DNA of 64,000 nt, taken from positions 226,345-290,344 of the forward strand of contig CAZNUP010000001.1 of assembly GCA_964576435.1 (NCBI GenBank), in the 5' to 3' direction. The stretch is from an uncultured Gammaproteobacteria bacterium. GTDB lineage: Bacteria; Patescibacteriota; Microgenomatia; JAMCZE01. The position numbers and the translations under genes are program-made. Shown here one piece after another: positions 50,937-60,270 of the stretch (within the stretch, counting starts at the first letter, position 1; each line of letters opens with the position of its first letter). Under the pieces are notes generated by a model. The model did no database searches and was not told the DNA's origin. It was given only the letters and a program-made list of their open reading frames with translations.

Positions 50937-51335
50937 GTGACCAAATTTCAGGAATCCGTTATCAATGTTGTAAGTCTAGTTCCCGAAGGGAAAGTGGTTT
51001 CCTATGGTCAAGTTGCCTTATATGTTGGTTTACCACGAGCTGCAAGAGAAGTGGGCTGGGTATTAAAAAGCCTTGAAGAAGCAGTGGATCTACCATGGTG
51101 GCGTGTAATCAACAATGAAGGAAGAATTTCCATTAAAGGTAATAAATATAATGACGCGGATACCCAAAGAAAACTATTAAAAGCAGAAGGTGTTGAAGTG
51201 TCAGATCTTTACGAATTAGACATTGAAAAATATCGTTGGGTAGCTTCCAAAGAAGAACTCCAAAAACTCCAACTGGAAAATGACTACATTGATATGGTGC
51301 TAAAAAAATACTCACTTGCCAATACTCCATTCTGA
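50937..51335 (+). CDS. Alkyltransferase-like (ATL) protein: MGMT DNA-binding fold lacking the catalytic Cys
   Basis: YGQVALYVGLPRAAREVGWVL helix-turn-helix, then PWWRV in place of the MGMT PCHRV active-site motif. Confidence 0.55.
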   Translation: MTKFQESVINVVSLVPEGKVVSYGQVALYVGLPRAAREVGWVLKSLEEAVDLPWWRVINNEGRISIKGNKYNDADTQRKLLKAEGVEVSDLYELDIEKYRWVASKEELQKLQLENDYIDMVLKKYSLANTPF

Positions 51336-51349
51336 GGAAAACATGAATC

Positions 51350-51846
51350 TTATTGTTTGCTTTCTTCTTGAAGATTTTTAGCCCAAATCTCGATGAGATT
51401 TAAAACTCCGGCCTCATACGCTTGTTTTATTATTGGGTCATCTTTAAACTCTTGTGGAGCCATCATTATTATTTCATTGAAGCCTTTTTCAAATGCACGA
51501 TATTGACTATTTAATTCTGGATCGCCATTTAATTGTTCTCCAATTTGTCTCATATTCTCCAACACCATCTCCTCTTTTAATTTCCTTTTATTTTCAGCCC
51601 AATCTTTAGCTTCGACACCTCCAGCCGCATGTGCTGCTGGCTCCAGAACAGTCCTGCTTGTCTTGTTTGCGTTGCCAATGCTATTAGATGTTCTAAAAAT
51701 TTGAAATGCTTGGAGACCTCTAGGTTTGTCTACAACCTCACGAGTTAAAACAGCTGTTGCAGACAAGGTCTGAATGTCTAATAATTCGTAATTAAAGGCT
51801 CCGAGTTTTGGTTCAGGTAAATCTTTCCAGCTCATATGTTTGACCA
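51350..51846 (-). CDS. Hypothetical protein (165 aa). The annotated N-terminus (to 51955) is a spurious read-through of the tRNA gene.
   Basis: Start at MVKHMSW...; no recognised motif. Begins 13 nt downstream of the tRNA 3' end. Confidence 0.45.
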
Positions 51847-51859
51847 TTTTAACATATTT

Positions 51860-51933
51860 TGGTCGGGGAGCCGAGAATCGGACTCGGACTGCCAGACCCC
51901 CAGCCTGGCGCGCTACCACTACGCCACTCCCCG
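51860..51933 (-). tRNA. tRNA-Pro (anticodon GGG), CCA encoded
   Basis: Hand-folded cloverleaf: acceptor CGGGGAG/CTCCCCG (C1-G72), discriminator A73, D-arm GCGT-AGTGGTA-GCGC, anticodon arm CCAGG-CTGGGGG-TCTGG with U33-GGG-G37, T-arm CCGAG-TCCGATT-CTCGG, 3' ACCA. Confidence 0.8.
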
Positions 51934-52024
51934 GTAACAAACATGATTTTAACATAATAAATCGGGCGTGATCTCTTTTGACCCAATTGACTAGTCATCT
52001 TATAGGAGTTTAAATACGGCCATT

Positions 52025-53122
52025 ATGGCAAAGAGTAAATCTTCCGATGACCTAGCACCAGTTTCCCAAGCTTCTGATCAAAGTGCCAAGCTTTCCGCAG
52101 TAAAAATAGCCATGGAGCAAATTGAAAAGCAATATGGCAAAGGTTCGATTATGAAGATGGGAGAAGCCGCTCCAAAAATGACAACTGACGTCATCTCAAC
52201 AGGGGTCATGCCTCTCGATCTAGCCTTAGGTGTGGGCGGACTTCCAAGAGGAAGAATTATTGAAATATATGGCCCTGAGGCCTCAGGTAAAACTACAGTT
52301 ATGCTTTCTGCAATTGCCCAAACTCAAAAAGCTGGCGGTGTCGCCGCTTTCATTGATGCCGAGCATGCTCTTGATCCACAATGGGCAGAAAAATTAGGAA
52401 TTAATCTCAATGAACTTTTAATTTCTCAACCAGACACTGGAGAACAAGCATTGGAAATTGCAGAAACATTAATTCGTTCTGGTGGTGTTGATTTAATTGT
52501 TGTTGACTCAGTTGCCGCCTTAGTTCCAAGAGCTGAAATTGAAGGTGAAATGGGAGATTCTGTAATGGGTCTTCAAGCAAGGTTAATGTCTCAAGCTTTA
52601 AGAAAGCTAACAGGTGTCATTAATAAATCTAAAACAGTTGTTATCTTTACAAACCAACTTCGCCAAAAAATTGGTGTCATGTTTGGTAATCCTGAAACCA
52701 CACCAGGTGGATTGGCAATGAAGTTTTATGCTTCAATTCGCATGGACATTAGAAAAATTGAACAGATAAAAGATGGGGATAATGTCATTGGTTCAAGACA
52801 TCGTGTCAAAGTTGTTAAAAACAAAGTTGCTCCACCATTTAGAGTTGCTGAGTTTAATATTTATGGAGCAACTGGTCCTTCTTATGAAGACGGGTTAATT
52901 GATGTTGGTGTAGAACTTGGAGTTATAAACAAGTCAGGGGCATTCCTAAAATATAAAGATCAAATGCTTGGTCAGGGAAGAGATGCCGCAAGAATGTATC
53001 TTGTGGAGAATAAAAAGATTTCAAAAGATATTTACGAAGAAATCATAAAGAAAGTTAAAGATGGTGGTGCTTCAGAAAAAGTAGTTCTTGGTGAAGAAGG
53101 CGAAGAAGAAGCCGAAGAATAG
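52025..53122 (+). CDS. recA: Recombinase RecA
   Basis: GPEASGKTT Walker A, L1/L2 loops, acidic C-terminal tail. Confidence 0.95.
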   Translation: MAKSKSSDDLAPVSQASDQSAKLSAVKIAMEQIEKQYGKGSIMKMGEAAPKMTTDVISTGVMPLDLALGVGGLPRGRIIEIYGPEASGKTTVMLSAIAQTQKAGGVAAFIDAEHALDPQWAEKLGINLNELLISQPDTGEQALEIAETLIRSGGVDLIVVDSVAALVPRAEIEGEMGDSVMGLQARLMSQALRKLTGVINKSKTVVIFTNQLRQKIGVMFGNPETTPGGLAMKFYASIRMDIRKIEQIKDGDNVIGSRHRVKVVKNKVAPPFRVAEFNIYGATGPSYEDGLIDVGVELGVINKSGAFLKYKDQMLGQGRDAARMYLVENKKISKDIYEEIIKKVKDGGASEKVVLGEEGEEEAEE

Positions 53123-53123
53123 T

Positions 53124-53906
53124 TTAAGAAGCACTCGTATAATTTTTTAATCCCCATCTCCACATATATTCTGAAAGAATTGTAAATACTCCTATTATCA
53201 CAAAGTAAATTAAAACAAAGTTGGTGTATTGACTCTTTTGCAAAAATACAATTGTTGGAACAGTAGTTAGAAGAGCGATTGGGAAAATAATAATAGCTGA
53301 CAAATAAGCCTTTCCTAAAAATGAATCTGCTGGGTATTTCATGGCCTGCTGAAAATTAAAAAGTGGTCCTTTAGTTGCTTCAATTTTTCCGTACTTAAAA
53401 TTCAAAGACAAGCAAATTACATCAATACAATGAATTAACCAAATAGAAGTTGCAATGACTAAGACATATAAAATAGCCGTAAAAGCAGAAAATCTTATGT
53501 TAAATGTTGAAACCACATAAAAAAGTAGGGTGATCCCTAGGGCGACAGCTACCAAATTATTTATATTTCCACCTCTAAGGAAAGCTTTTGCCCTAGAATT
53601 TACAGGGGTTGTTAGGACATAATCAAAGGTTCCCTCGGCAATATCTTTGTATGTTACATTGACTCCTCTCCATAAAAAGAAAAAAGCAGCATATGTAAAT
53701 ATCTCAAATGTAGCAATCAAAACCCAATAATCACCAAGGCTCCATCCAGGAAAATGAAAATTTATTGAGATTAAGTAAGCAGTTATTAAATGTAAAACAA
53801 AAAAACAGAGCGATCCAGCTAACTCCATTATCAGGTTAAATTTAAGAGAAAGACCTTTCTCAAGGCGCATTTTATAAACATAAAATAGATATTTATTATT
53901 TTTCAT
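53124..53906 (-). CDS. Polytopic membrane protein, ABC-2-type permease-like
   Basis: Six TM helices, about 260 aa; no adjacent ATPase. Confidence 0.35.
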   Translation of the reverse strand: MKNNKYLFYVYKMRLEKGLSLKFNLIMELAGSLCFFVLHLITAYLISINFHFPGWSLGDYWVLIATFEIFTYAAFFFLWRGVNVTYKDIAEGTFDYVLTTPVNSRAKAFLRGGNINNLVAVALGITLLFYVVSTFNIRFSAFTAILYVLVIATSIWLIHCIDVICLSLNFKYGKIEATKGPLFNFQQAMKYPADSFLGKAYLSAIIIFPIALLTTVPTIVFLQKSQYTNFVLIYFVIIGVFTILSEYMWRWGLKNYTSAS

Positions 53907-54676
53907 TAATTAGCAGTAAATGAATATTTTTTAATCGCTCGTCCAAAAAACAAGTGAATAGAAATAGCACTAATTATTAGCCAAACAATTGCAATAACAA
54001 CTTCATTTATTTGAAGCCCTGTCGTTAAAACTCGAGTGGGCCAACTAACGAGGTAGGGGAAAAATGTTAGTTCCAAAATTTGATTAATTTGCAGGGGAAA
54101 AAGTACATAAGGCAAAGCTATACCTCCAAGTAAAAGTACTAGGACATTTTTTACATTACTAATTGTCCAAAATTCATCAATCCAAAAAGAAAATATCCCA
54201 ATAAAGAAAGCGAAATTAAAGGATAATATAAAGCACATAACAACAGAGAAAATTAGTTGTGATATAAGTAACGGGCTGAAAACCAAGCTAGTTCTATCAA
54301 GAAAAATCCAAAGTAAAACTATAGCTGCAGGAATGAAAAAGATCATTGAAACAGTTTTTTCAGAAATCTCCTTAACTAAAATCCATTTATACAAACTAAT
54401 TGGTTTCATTAAGAAGTTATTTATCTCTCCGGAAGTCGTTAATTGGCTAATATAGTCTTGAACATTAACATTCAAAATTGGTAAAAACAGGAGAAGAATC
54501 AAATAATAGTTAACTATTCCAGGTAGAGCCACACCTGAAATTGATTGGGCTTGTGACAATGCCAAAATTGTAATCGTTGGTGCAATAAAATTATAAAGAA
54601 TTAATGATATTACATGAAGTCTATAACTAATAAACTGCGAAAAAACTTGCTGGAAGAGGATGTTGTATTTTCGCAT
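53906..54676 (-). CDS. Polytopic membrane protein, ABC-2-type permease-like (paralog of the previous gene)
   Basis: Six TM helices; start overlaps the downstream gene's stop (TAATG). Confidence 0.35.
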   Translation of the reverse strand: MRKYNILFQQVFSQFISYRLHVISLILYNFIAPTITILALSQAQSISGVALPGIVNYYLILLLFLPILNVNVQDYISQLTTSGEINNFLMKPISLYKWILVKEISEKTVSMIFFIPAAIVLLWIFLDRTSLVFSPLLISQLIFSVVMCFILSFNFAFFIGIFSFWIDEFWTISNVKNVLVLLLGGIALPYVLFPLQINQILELTFFPYLVSWPTRVLTTGLQINEVVIAIVWLIISAISIHLFFGRAIKKYSFTAN

Positions 54677-54690
54677 GTTAATATTATCTC

Positions 54691-55302
54691 ATGAAGATCA
54701 CTAAGCTCGAATATCAAAAAAAGGATCCAAATAGGGTCAACATCTTTGTTGACGACAAATTTGCAACTGGTATCACGGCAGACGACCTTTTAAGGCTCGG
54801 TCTCTATAAAGATAAAGAAATAACCCACGAGGAACTAGTAAAAATAATTGATACCAGCGATTTTGGAAAGTTGTTCAATAAAGCACTTAACTTCCTTTCT
54901 TATAGACCCAGAAGTGAATGGGAAATTCGTTTCAAATTTAGGACAGAAGACAAAGATTTGTTAGATAAAGTGGTTGAAAAGTTGAAATCAATAAATCAGA
55001 TAAATGACGAAAACTTTGCCAGGTGGTTTGTGGATCAAAGACTGACATTTAAACCAGAAGGAAAACGCGCTCTTAGGTTTGAGCTAAAGAAGAAGGGAAT
55101 TGACGACAAGACCATTGCAAAAGTCTTAGAGGAAAACCAGTCATCAGACTATGAATTAGCCCTCCTTGCACTAAAAAAGAAGTCTCGTATCAAAGATCGG
55201 GAAAAGCTTCAAAGATACCTTGCTTCCAGAGGTTTTTCTTGGGATGTTATCAATGAGGCACTGGCAAAAGTGCCTAAAAAGGAGTATGATATAGACAGTT
55301 AG
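54691..55302 (+). CDS. recX: RecX family regulator
   Basis: Three-helix repeat architecture: ALNFLSYRPRSEWEIRFKF...WFVDQRLTFKPEGKRALRFELKKKGI. Confidence 0.65.
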   Translation: MKITKLEYQKKDPNRVNIFVDDKFATGITADDLLRLGLYKDKEITHEELVKIIDTSDFGKLFNKALNFLSYRPRSEWEIRFKFRTEDKDLLDKVVEKLKSINQINDENFARWFVDQRLTFKPEGKRALRFELKKKGIDDKTIAKVLEENQSSDYELALLALKKKSRIKDREKLQRYLASRGFSWDVINEALAKVPKKEYDIDS

Positions 55303-55421
55303 TAAAACATATTATCTAGAGTCTTTTTGCTACACATGAAAGAAATCAGGGCCAAAATCGCAGGCATCTTCAAAAGGAAGTAAACCTCCTTTTCTTTCTT
55401 TGGGCAAAAAACTAAAAATTA

Positions 55422-56933
55422 ATGGCATTTTTTTCTCGTCTCACCAATTCAGTTAATAAATCAAAAAAGAAATCCCAACCAAAGCAACAATCTGTTCACA
55501 CCCCAAGGCAACCTCAAGTAGCTTCCCCAGAGGTTCTATTTCAAGCACAGACCGAAGCACGAGAAATTGTGTTCGCCGCCAAAGAGGAAGCAATAAAAAT
55601 AAAGTCTCAAGCCGAGGAAGAATCACGAAAAATTCGTGCTGAGATTGTTGAAATTGAAAGACATGTTGCCCAAAAAGAACAATCCTTAGATCAACGCTTA
55701 AAAAAGTTAGAGACAGACGAACTACACGTTATAGAAGAAAAAAAGCAGATTGAAGAGCTTCGTGAAGAGTCAGAAAAAACAAAAGCAGAACTTCTGGTTA
55801 GATTGCAAAAGATTGCAGGCCTTTCTGTAGAGGAAGCTAAAGAAAAGATTCTCACAGCTGTCGAAGAAAAATCTAGAAATGAAGCTGGAAAAGTTGCCAA
55901 GGGAATTATTGATGAGGCAAAGGAAGATGCAAAAGCAAAAGCTAGAGAAATTCTAGTCACTGAAATGATGCATGGCGCAACTGATTATGTTGCTGAATAT
56001 ACAGTTTCAGTGGTAAGTGTCCCGAACGAAGAAGTTAAGGGAAGAATCATTGGAAAAGAAGGTAGAAATATTAGGGCCTTTGAAAAAGCAACTGGCGTTG
56101 ATGTGGAACTTGATGAGGAAGGAGTCATTAGACTTTCAAGCTTTGATGCAGTCAGAAGAGAAATAGCTCGAGTGTCTTTGGAAAGATTAATGAAGGACAC
56201 CAGGATTCAACCAGTTCGTATTGAAGAAGTAGTCTTGCAGGTTAAAAAGGAGTTGGAACGAATCATGTTTGAAGAAGGCGAGAAACTTTGTCATGCAGTT
56301 GGAGTCTACAATTTACCAAGACAAATTGTAGAAGTCTTGGGTAAATTTAAATATCGTTTCTCTTATGGTCAAAATATGATCCTCCACACTTTAGAAGAGA
56401 CTAAAGTTGGAATTGCTATTGCTCAAGAAGTGGGTGCGGACGTCAATGTAGTCAAACTTGGTTGTCTTCTTCATGACATTGGAAAAGTCATAGATTCTGA
56501 AGAAGGTTCCCATGTGACCTTAGGTGCCGAATATCTAAGAAGAATGGGGATTCCAGAGAAAGTAGTAGCTTGTGTTGAGGAACATCACGAAGACAAACCT
56601 TTCTCATCTGTTGAATCCATGATTGTTTATCTTTCGGATGCAATTTCTGGAAGTAGACCAGGAGCAAGATATGAAGACCTTGAAAAGTACCTTGCTAGGA
56701 TGAAACAACTAGAGGAAATTTGTAATAGTTTCCCAGGTGTTACAGAGTCTTGGGTTTTCCAAGCAGGTAGGGAAATTAGAGTTCTGGTTGATCCAGAAAA
56801 AATGACAGACAACGAATCTGTTATTTTAGCTCAAAAAATTAAAGAGCGAATTGAAGCAGAGATAAAAGAATTCCCAGGTCAGATTAAAGTCACTGTAATT
56901 AGAGAGCTAAGGATAACTGAAACTGCCAAGTAA
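55422..56933 (+). CDS. rny: Ribonuclease Y
   Basis: N-terminal coiled coil, KH domain (IGKEGRNIRAFE), HD domain (LLHDIGK...HHE). Confidence 0.9.
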   Translation: MAFFSRLTNSVNKSKKKSQPKQQSVHTPRQPQVASPEVLFQAQTEAREIVFAAKEEAIKIKSQAEEESRKIRAEIVEIERHVAQKEQSLDQRLKKLETDELHVIEEKKQIEELREESEKTKAELLVRLQKIAGLSVEEAKEKILTAVEEKSRNEAGKVAKGIIDEAKEDAKAKAREILVTEMMHGATDYVAEYTVSVVSVPNEEVKGRIIGKEGRNIRAFEKATGVDVELDEEGVIRLSSFDAVRREIARVSLERLMKDTRIQPVRIEEVVLQVKKELERIMFEEGEKLCHAVGVYNLPRQIVEVLGKFKYRFSYGQNMILHTLEETKVGIAIAQEVGADVNVVKLGCLLHDIGKVIDSEEGSHVTLGAEYLRRMGIPEKVVACVEEHHEDKPFSSVESMIVYLSDAISGSRPGARYEDLEKYLARMKQLEEICNSFPGVTESWVFQAGREIRVLVDPEKMTDNESVILAQKIKERIEAEIKEFPGQIKVTVIRELRITETAK

Positions 56934-56935
56934 AA

Positions 56936-57829
56936 GTGACTAGAAAAAAACTTGCGATCATTCTTCTTGTTTTAGTTGTGCTTCTTGGGGCAGGTCTTCT
57001 CATAAAAACATTTGCCTTAGATCGTGGAGTTAATGCGTTTTCAGGGTTAAAAGTCGACTCGATTCCCCAGGCCGATGTCTACGTTGATGGAAAGGTAGTA
57101 GGAAAAACCCCGTACGAAAACGCCAAAATGACACCTGGAGAGTATTCTTTGAAACTTGTTGTAACTGGAACTACTGGGAGTTTTTTTCCTTGGGAAACCA
57201 AAGTTAAATTAGTTCCTGAAAGCCTGACTTATGTGAATAGAACTCTTGGCGAAACTAGTAGTTTGTCAGGTCATCAAATTGTCTGGCTTGAAAAACTATC
57301 AGACCCAAATGGTAAAGAAATTGCCGTTGTTTCAAATCCAGACGGCGCCACGATTGAAGTTGACGGACTTGATGAAGGAACTGCACCCAAAATAATAACT
57401 AACGTAGCGCTTGGTGATCACACCATAGTCATCTCTAAAACTGGTTACGGAGATCAAGTGATTAGTGGTAATGTGGCTAATGGATTTAGGTTAAACATCT
57501 CCGTAAAGCTTGCTAAAGCAGATGACGATCTTAAGTTGGACGACGAAAAGATATCCTCAGATAGTGCCAAACTAGCTTCAGTGTCAGCTACACCTACTAA
57601 GACTGCTAGTTCTTCAGGAGGAATGGCCACGCCTTATGTCCTAATTGAAGATACCGGATTAGGTTTCTTAAGGGTTAGAAGTGAAGCTTCATCTGGAAGC
57701 ACTGAAATTGGGAAAGTAAATGTGGGCGAAAAATTCCCTCTACTTTCAGAAAGTTCTGGTTGGACGGAAATAAAAATTGGAACAAGCTCCGGCTGGGTTA
57801 GTGATCAATACGTCCAGAAGTTCAAATAG
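56936..57829 (+). CDS. Membrane-anchored PEGA-domain protein with C-terminal SH3b-like domain
   Basis: N-terminal TM. Two PEGA-like repeats (YVDGKVVGKTPYENAKMTPGEYSLKL; EVDGLDEGTAPKIITNVALGDHTIVI). Bacterial SH3-like tail (GFLRVRSEASSGSTEIGKVNVGEKFPLL). Confidence 0.55.
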   Translation: MTRKKLAIILLVLVVLLGAGLLIKTFALDRGVNAFSGLKVDSIPQADVYVDGKVVGKTPYENAKMTPGEYSLKLVVTGTTGSFFPWETKVKLVPESLTYVNRTLGETSSLSGHQIVWLEKLSDPNGKEIAVVSNPDGATIEVDGLDEGTAPKIITNVALGDHTIVISKTGYGDQVISGNVANGFRLNISVKLAKADDDLKLDDEKISSDSAKLASVSATPTKTASSSGGMATPYVLIEDTGLGFLRVRSEASSGSTEIGKVNVGEKFPLLSESSGWTEIKIGTSSGWVSDQYVQKFK

Positions 57830-58771
57830 CTATCTGAGAATATAGATTATTCCAAACAACATTCCCCCAACAATCATAGCGGTAATAATGAGGGGTCTAT
57901 CAGATAATAAGACCTTTTCTGGAGATTCTCCTTCGTTCTTTTCATAAATTAATTGCAAATACCTCATGATTCCATAAATAACAAATGGAATGGTAAGAGT
58001 AAGCCATTTTCTATCTTGAAGAAGCGATTGTGTATCGGCATCAAAAAGATTACTTATACTCCTTGGTAAGTTTGGTGTTGGTGCTAAAAATGCATATAAA
58101 GAGTATGTGATCCATGTTGAGTTAGCAAACATTGAAATATAAACATCAAGCATCTTCTCACTGTAATGAGAAAGTGTTGCCCTTGTTCTAGCTGGCACTC
58201 CATCAGTTCCCGATAGAAGCGTTAATTCTGATCGTCTTTTTCCAATAGCAATAAATAGTGATGCTGAAATCACAGTGAGTAAAAGCCAAATGTTAATGTG
58301 GTACCCAGTTGCCACCTCACCTGCATAAACCCTAATAATAAATCCAGCAGCGATTGTCATTATGTCGAGAAGTATGATGCTCTTCAAATAGAACGAGTAT
58401 CCAAGTTGTAAAGCGACAAATGCTAATACAACGAGTAGAAATGGAAGCGAAATTAAACTGGCTACCAAGCAAGCCCCTATCCCCAAAAGGACGGCCGTAA
58501 AAATACCCAAGTTTTTAGAAATTTTCCCGGCTGCAATTGGTCTGTTTTTCTTAAATGGATGAAGTCGGTCTTTTTCAGCATCGACTAAATCGTTAATATA
58601 GTAGATTGATGAAGAAGCTAAACAGAAAGCAATAAACGCCAGAACTGTTTTGAATAGTAGATCAACATTAAATAATTGGCCAGCAAAGAAAATTGCAGTA
58701 AAGACAATTAGGTTTTTGATCCACTGCCTTGGCCTGGCTTCCTTAAAGAGGTAGTAGAGAGTTTTAGCCAT
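57830..58771 (-). CDS. UbiA-family prenyltransferase, decaprenyl-phosphate phosphoribosyltransferase-like
   Basis: RPRQWIKN N-terminal motif and NDLVDAEKDRLHP Asp-rich motif; 8-9 TM. Confidence 0.7.
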   Translation of the reverse strand: MAKTLYYLFKEARPRQWIKNLIVFTAIFFAGQLFNVDLLFKTVLAFIAFCLASSSIYYINDLVDAEKDRLHPFKKNRPIAAGKISKNLGIFTAVLLGIGACLVASLISLPFLLVVLAFVALQLGYSFYLKSIILLDIMTIAAGFIIRVYAGEVATGYHINIWLLLTVISASLFIAIGKRRSELTLLSGTDGVPARTRATLSHYSEKMLDVYISMFANSTWITYSLYAFLAPTPNLPRSISNLFDADTQSLLQDRKWLTLTIPFVIYGIMRYLQLIYEKNEGESPEKVLLSDRPLIITAMIVGGMLFGIIYILR

Positions 58772-59835
58772 ATAATTGTTCCTAAAAGAGCTACCGCCAC
58801 CACTAAAACTGTAAAGAATTTCTGTTTTGAGTTAACGTTTAGCGCGACTACACCCAATATACCAGACACACCCCAGTAAAACAATGCAATTTGTCTTTTG
58901 CTCCAACCAGCCTCCAAAAGCCGGTGGTGTAAGTGGTTCCTTCCTCCAACTGTTGGATTTTGACCCTTTGATATTCTAGAAAGACCGACATATATAGAAT
59001 CGATTGCAGGTATTGCAAGAACAAGGAGTGCTGTCCCGAATTTAACTGACGATAAGATAGCAAGAGTTCCTAGAAGATACCCAGCCATTGCCTTTCCCCC
59101 ATATCCAGGCATTATTTTTTGAGGGAAAAAATTCCAAGGTAAAAATCCTAAGTACGCTCCAGCTGTAATAAAGGCAAGAGTTGTTCCTGTCCAAGCAGGA
59201 AAATTGTCAATTGAAATTTGGCTAAATGATAAAAGTCCAATCACAATCGCAGTAATAACCACAAAGCCTGGCATCTGCCCATCAACTCCAGAGCTCCACC
59301 CAATCATATTCATTGACCAGACTAGCCAAATAATCGCCAGAATATCTGCAATTGGTAAGATACTGTGAGGGCCCAAAAAGTCAAAAGAAATTCGCCAGGT
59401 ATCAAATCTAAGAATCGACCCATCAAGTGGGTTAGTAACAAACCCAAGGCTAGCTCCTCCCGCTACAGCCAAAACTGCTGCAAATATGTTTACTCCAAGT
59501 CGAACATACGGAGGAACATCTTTCTTATCATCTAAGAGCCCTATGAATGTTAGAAGGAGAGCTCCAAGCATAATTCCAGCAATTCCCTTTGCAAATGGAA
59601 TAAAGATTACTGTTGTAATAAAAAGTCCAAGAAAAATAGCTAGTCCCCCCGCTCTTGGAATAACCCGCGTTTCTGTATGAGCTGGATGAGGTCTTTTTTT
59701 GGGATCGTCAACAAGTCCAAAATATTTAGCGATCTGAATAACGGCCGGGACAGAAATGCAAACCAGTATCGCACTCACGAAGAGGGGAAGTGCAGCAATA
59801 TTTCTAAAGAGAGGTGACAAAATTAAATTTTCCAT
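58708..59835 (-). CDS. MraY/WecA-family polyprenyl-phosphate sugar-1-phosphate transferase (GT4 membrane family)
   Basis: About 10 TM; GLLDD motif. 64-nt overlap with the downstream UbiA gene. Confidence 0.65.
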   Translation of the reverse strand: MENLILSPLFRNIAALPLFVSAILVCISVPAVIQIAKYFGLVDDPKKRPHPAHTETRVIPRAGGLAIFLGLFITTVIFIPFAKGIAGIMLGALLLTFIGLLDDKKDVPPYVRLGVNIFAAVLAVAGGASLGFVTNPLDGSILRFDTWRISFDFLGPHSILPIADILAIIWLVWSMNMIGWSSGVDGQMPGFVVITAIVIGLLSFSQISIDNFPAWTGTTLAFITAGAYLGFLPWNFFPQKIMPGYGGKAMAGYLLGTLAILSSVKFGTALLVLAIPAIDSIYVGLSRISKGQNPTVGGRNHLHHRLLEAGWSKRQIALFYWGVSGILGVVALNVNSKQKFFTVLVVAVALLGTIIWLKLSTTSLRKPGQGSGSKT

Positions 59836-59838
59836 TCT

Positions 59839-60270
59839 TTAGCTAATTAAGTTAACTATATTTACAACAGTTATTGTTGTAAGAATCGAAAGACAAGCGG
59901 CCGTAGCAAGTAAAAGATAACTAAACACTTTGTCTTCCTCTTTTATAAAAAGTGTAATTACAAAGTTAATTATTCCAAATAAGAATGTTGCAATAAGAGG
60001 CAGGAAAATATAATTTTTATTAGCTAGTTGTCCCTCACCCCAAATATGGCTATAGAATAGAGGGATTTGTGAAGGTAGATTACTAATATTGATTCCAACA
60101 TATATTAAACCGATAGCTAGTGTTAAGGCCCAAACTAGGCATAAGGCGACAACATACTTGTCACTAAATATTTTCTTAATCATTGTCACCTGCGGGTTTT
60201 GAAAACTTGCCGCAGGAGACATGTCACTGATGCCTTTAAACCTTGATGGAAAGGTTTTAAATTTTTGCAT
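59839..60270 (-). CDS. Small membrane protein, unknown function
   Basis: Three hydrophobic helices. Confidence 0.3.
   Translation of the reverse strand: MQKFKTFPSRFKGISDMSPAASFQNPQVTMIKKIFSDKYVVALCLVWALTLAIGLIYVGINISNLPSQIPLFYSHIWGEGQLANKNYIFLPLIATFLFGIINFVITLFIKEEDKVFSYLLLATAACLSILTTITVVNIVNLIS

Noticed and set aside
51847-51955. N-terminal 36 codons of the 201-aa ORF 51350..51955
   Set aside because: They read through the tRNA-Pro gene. The real CDS starts at the internal Met (51846).
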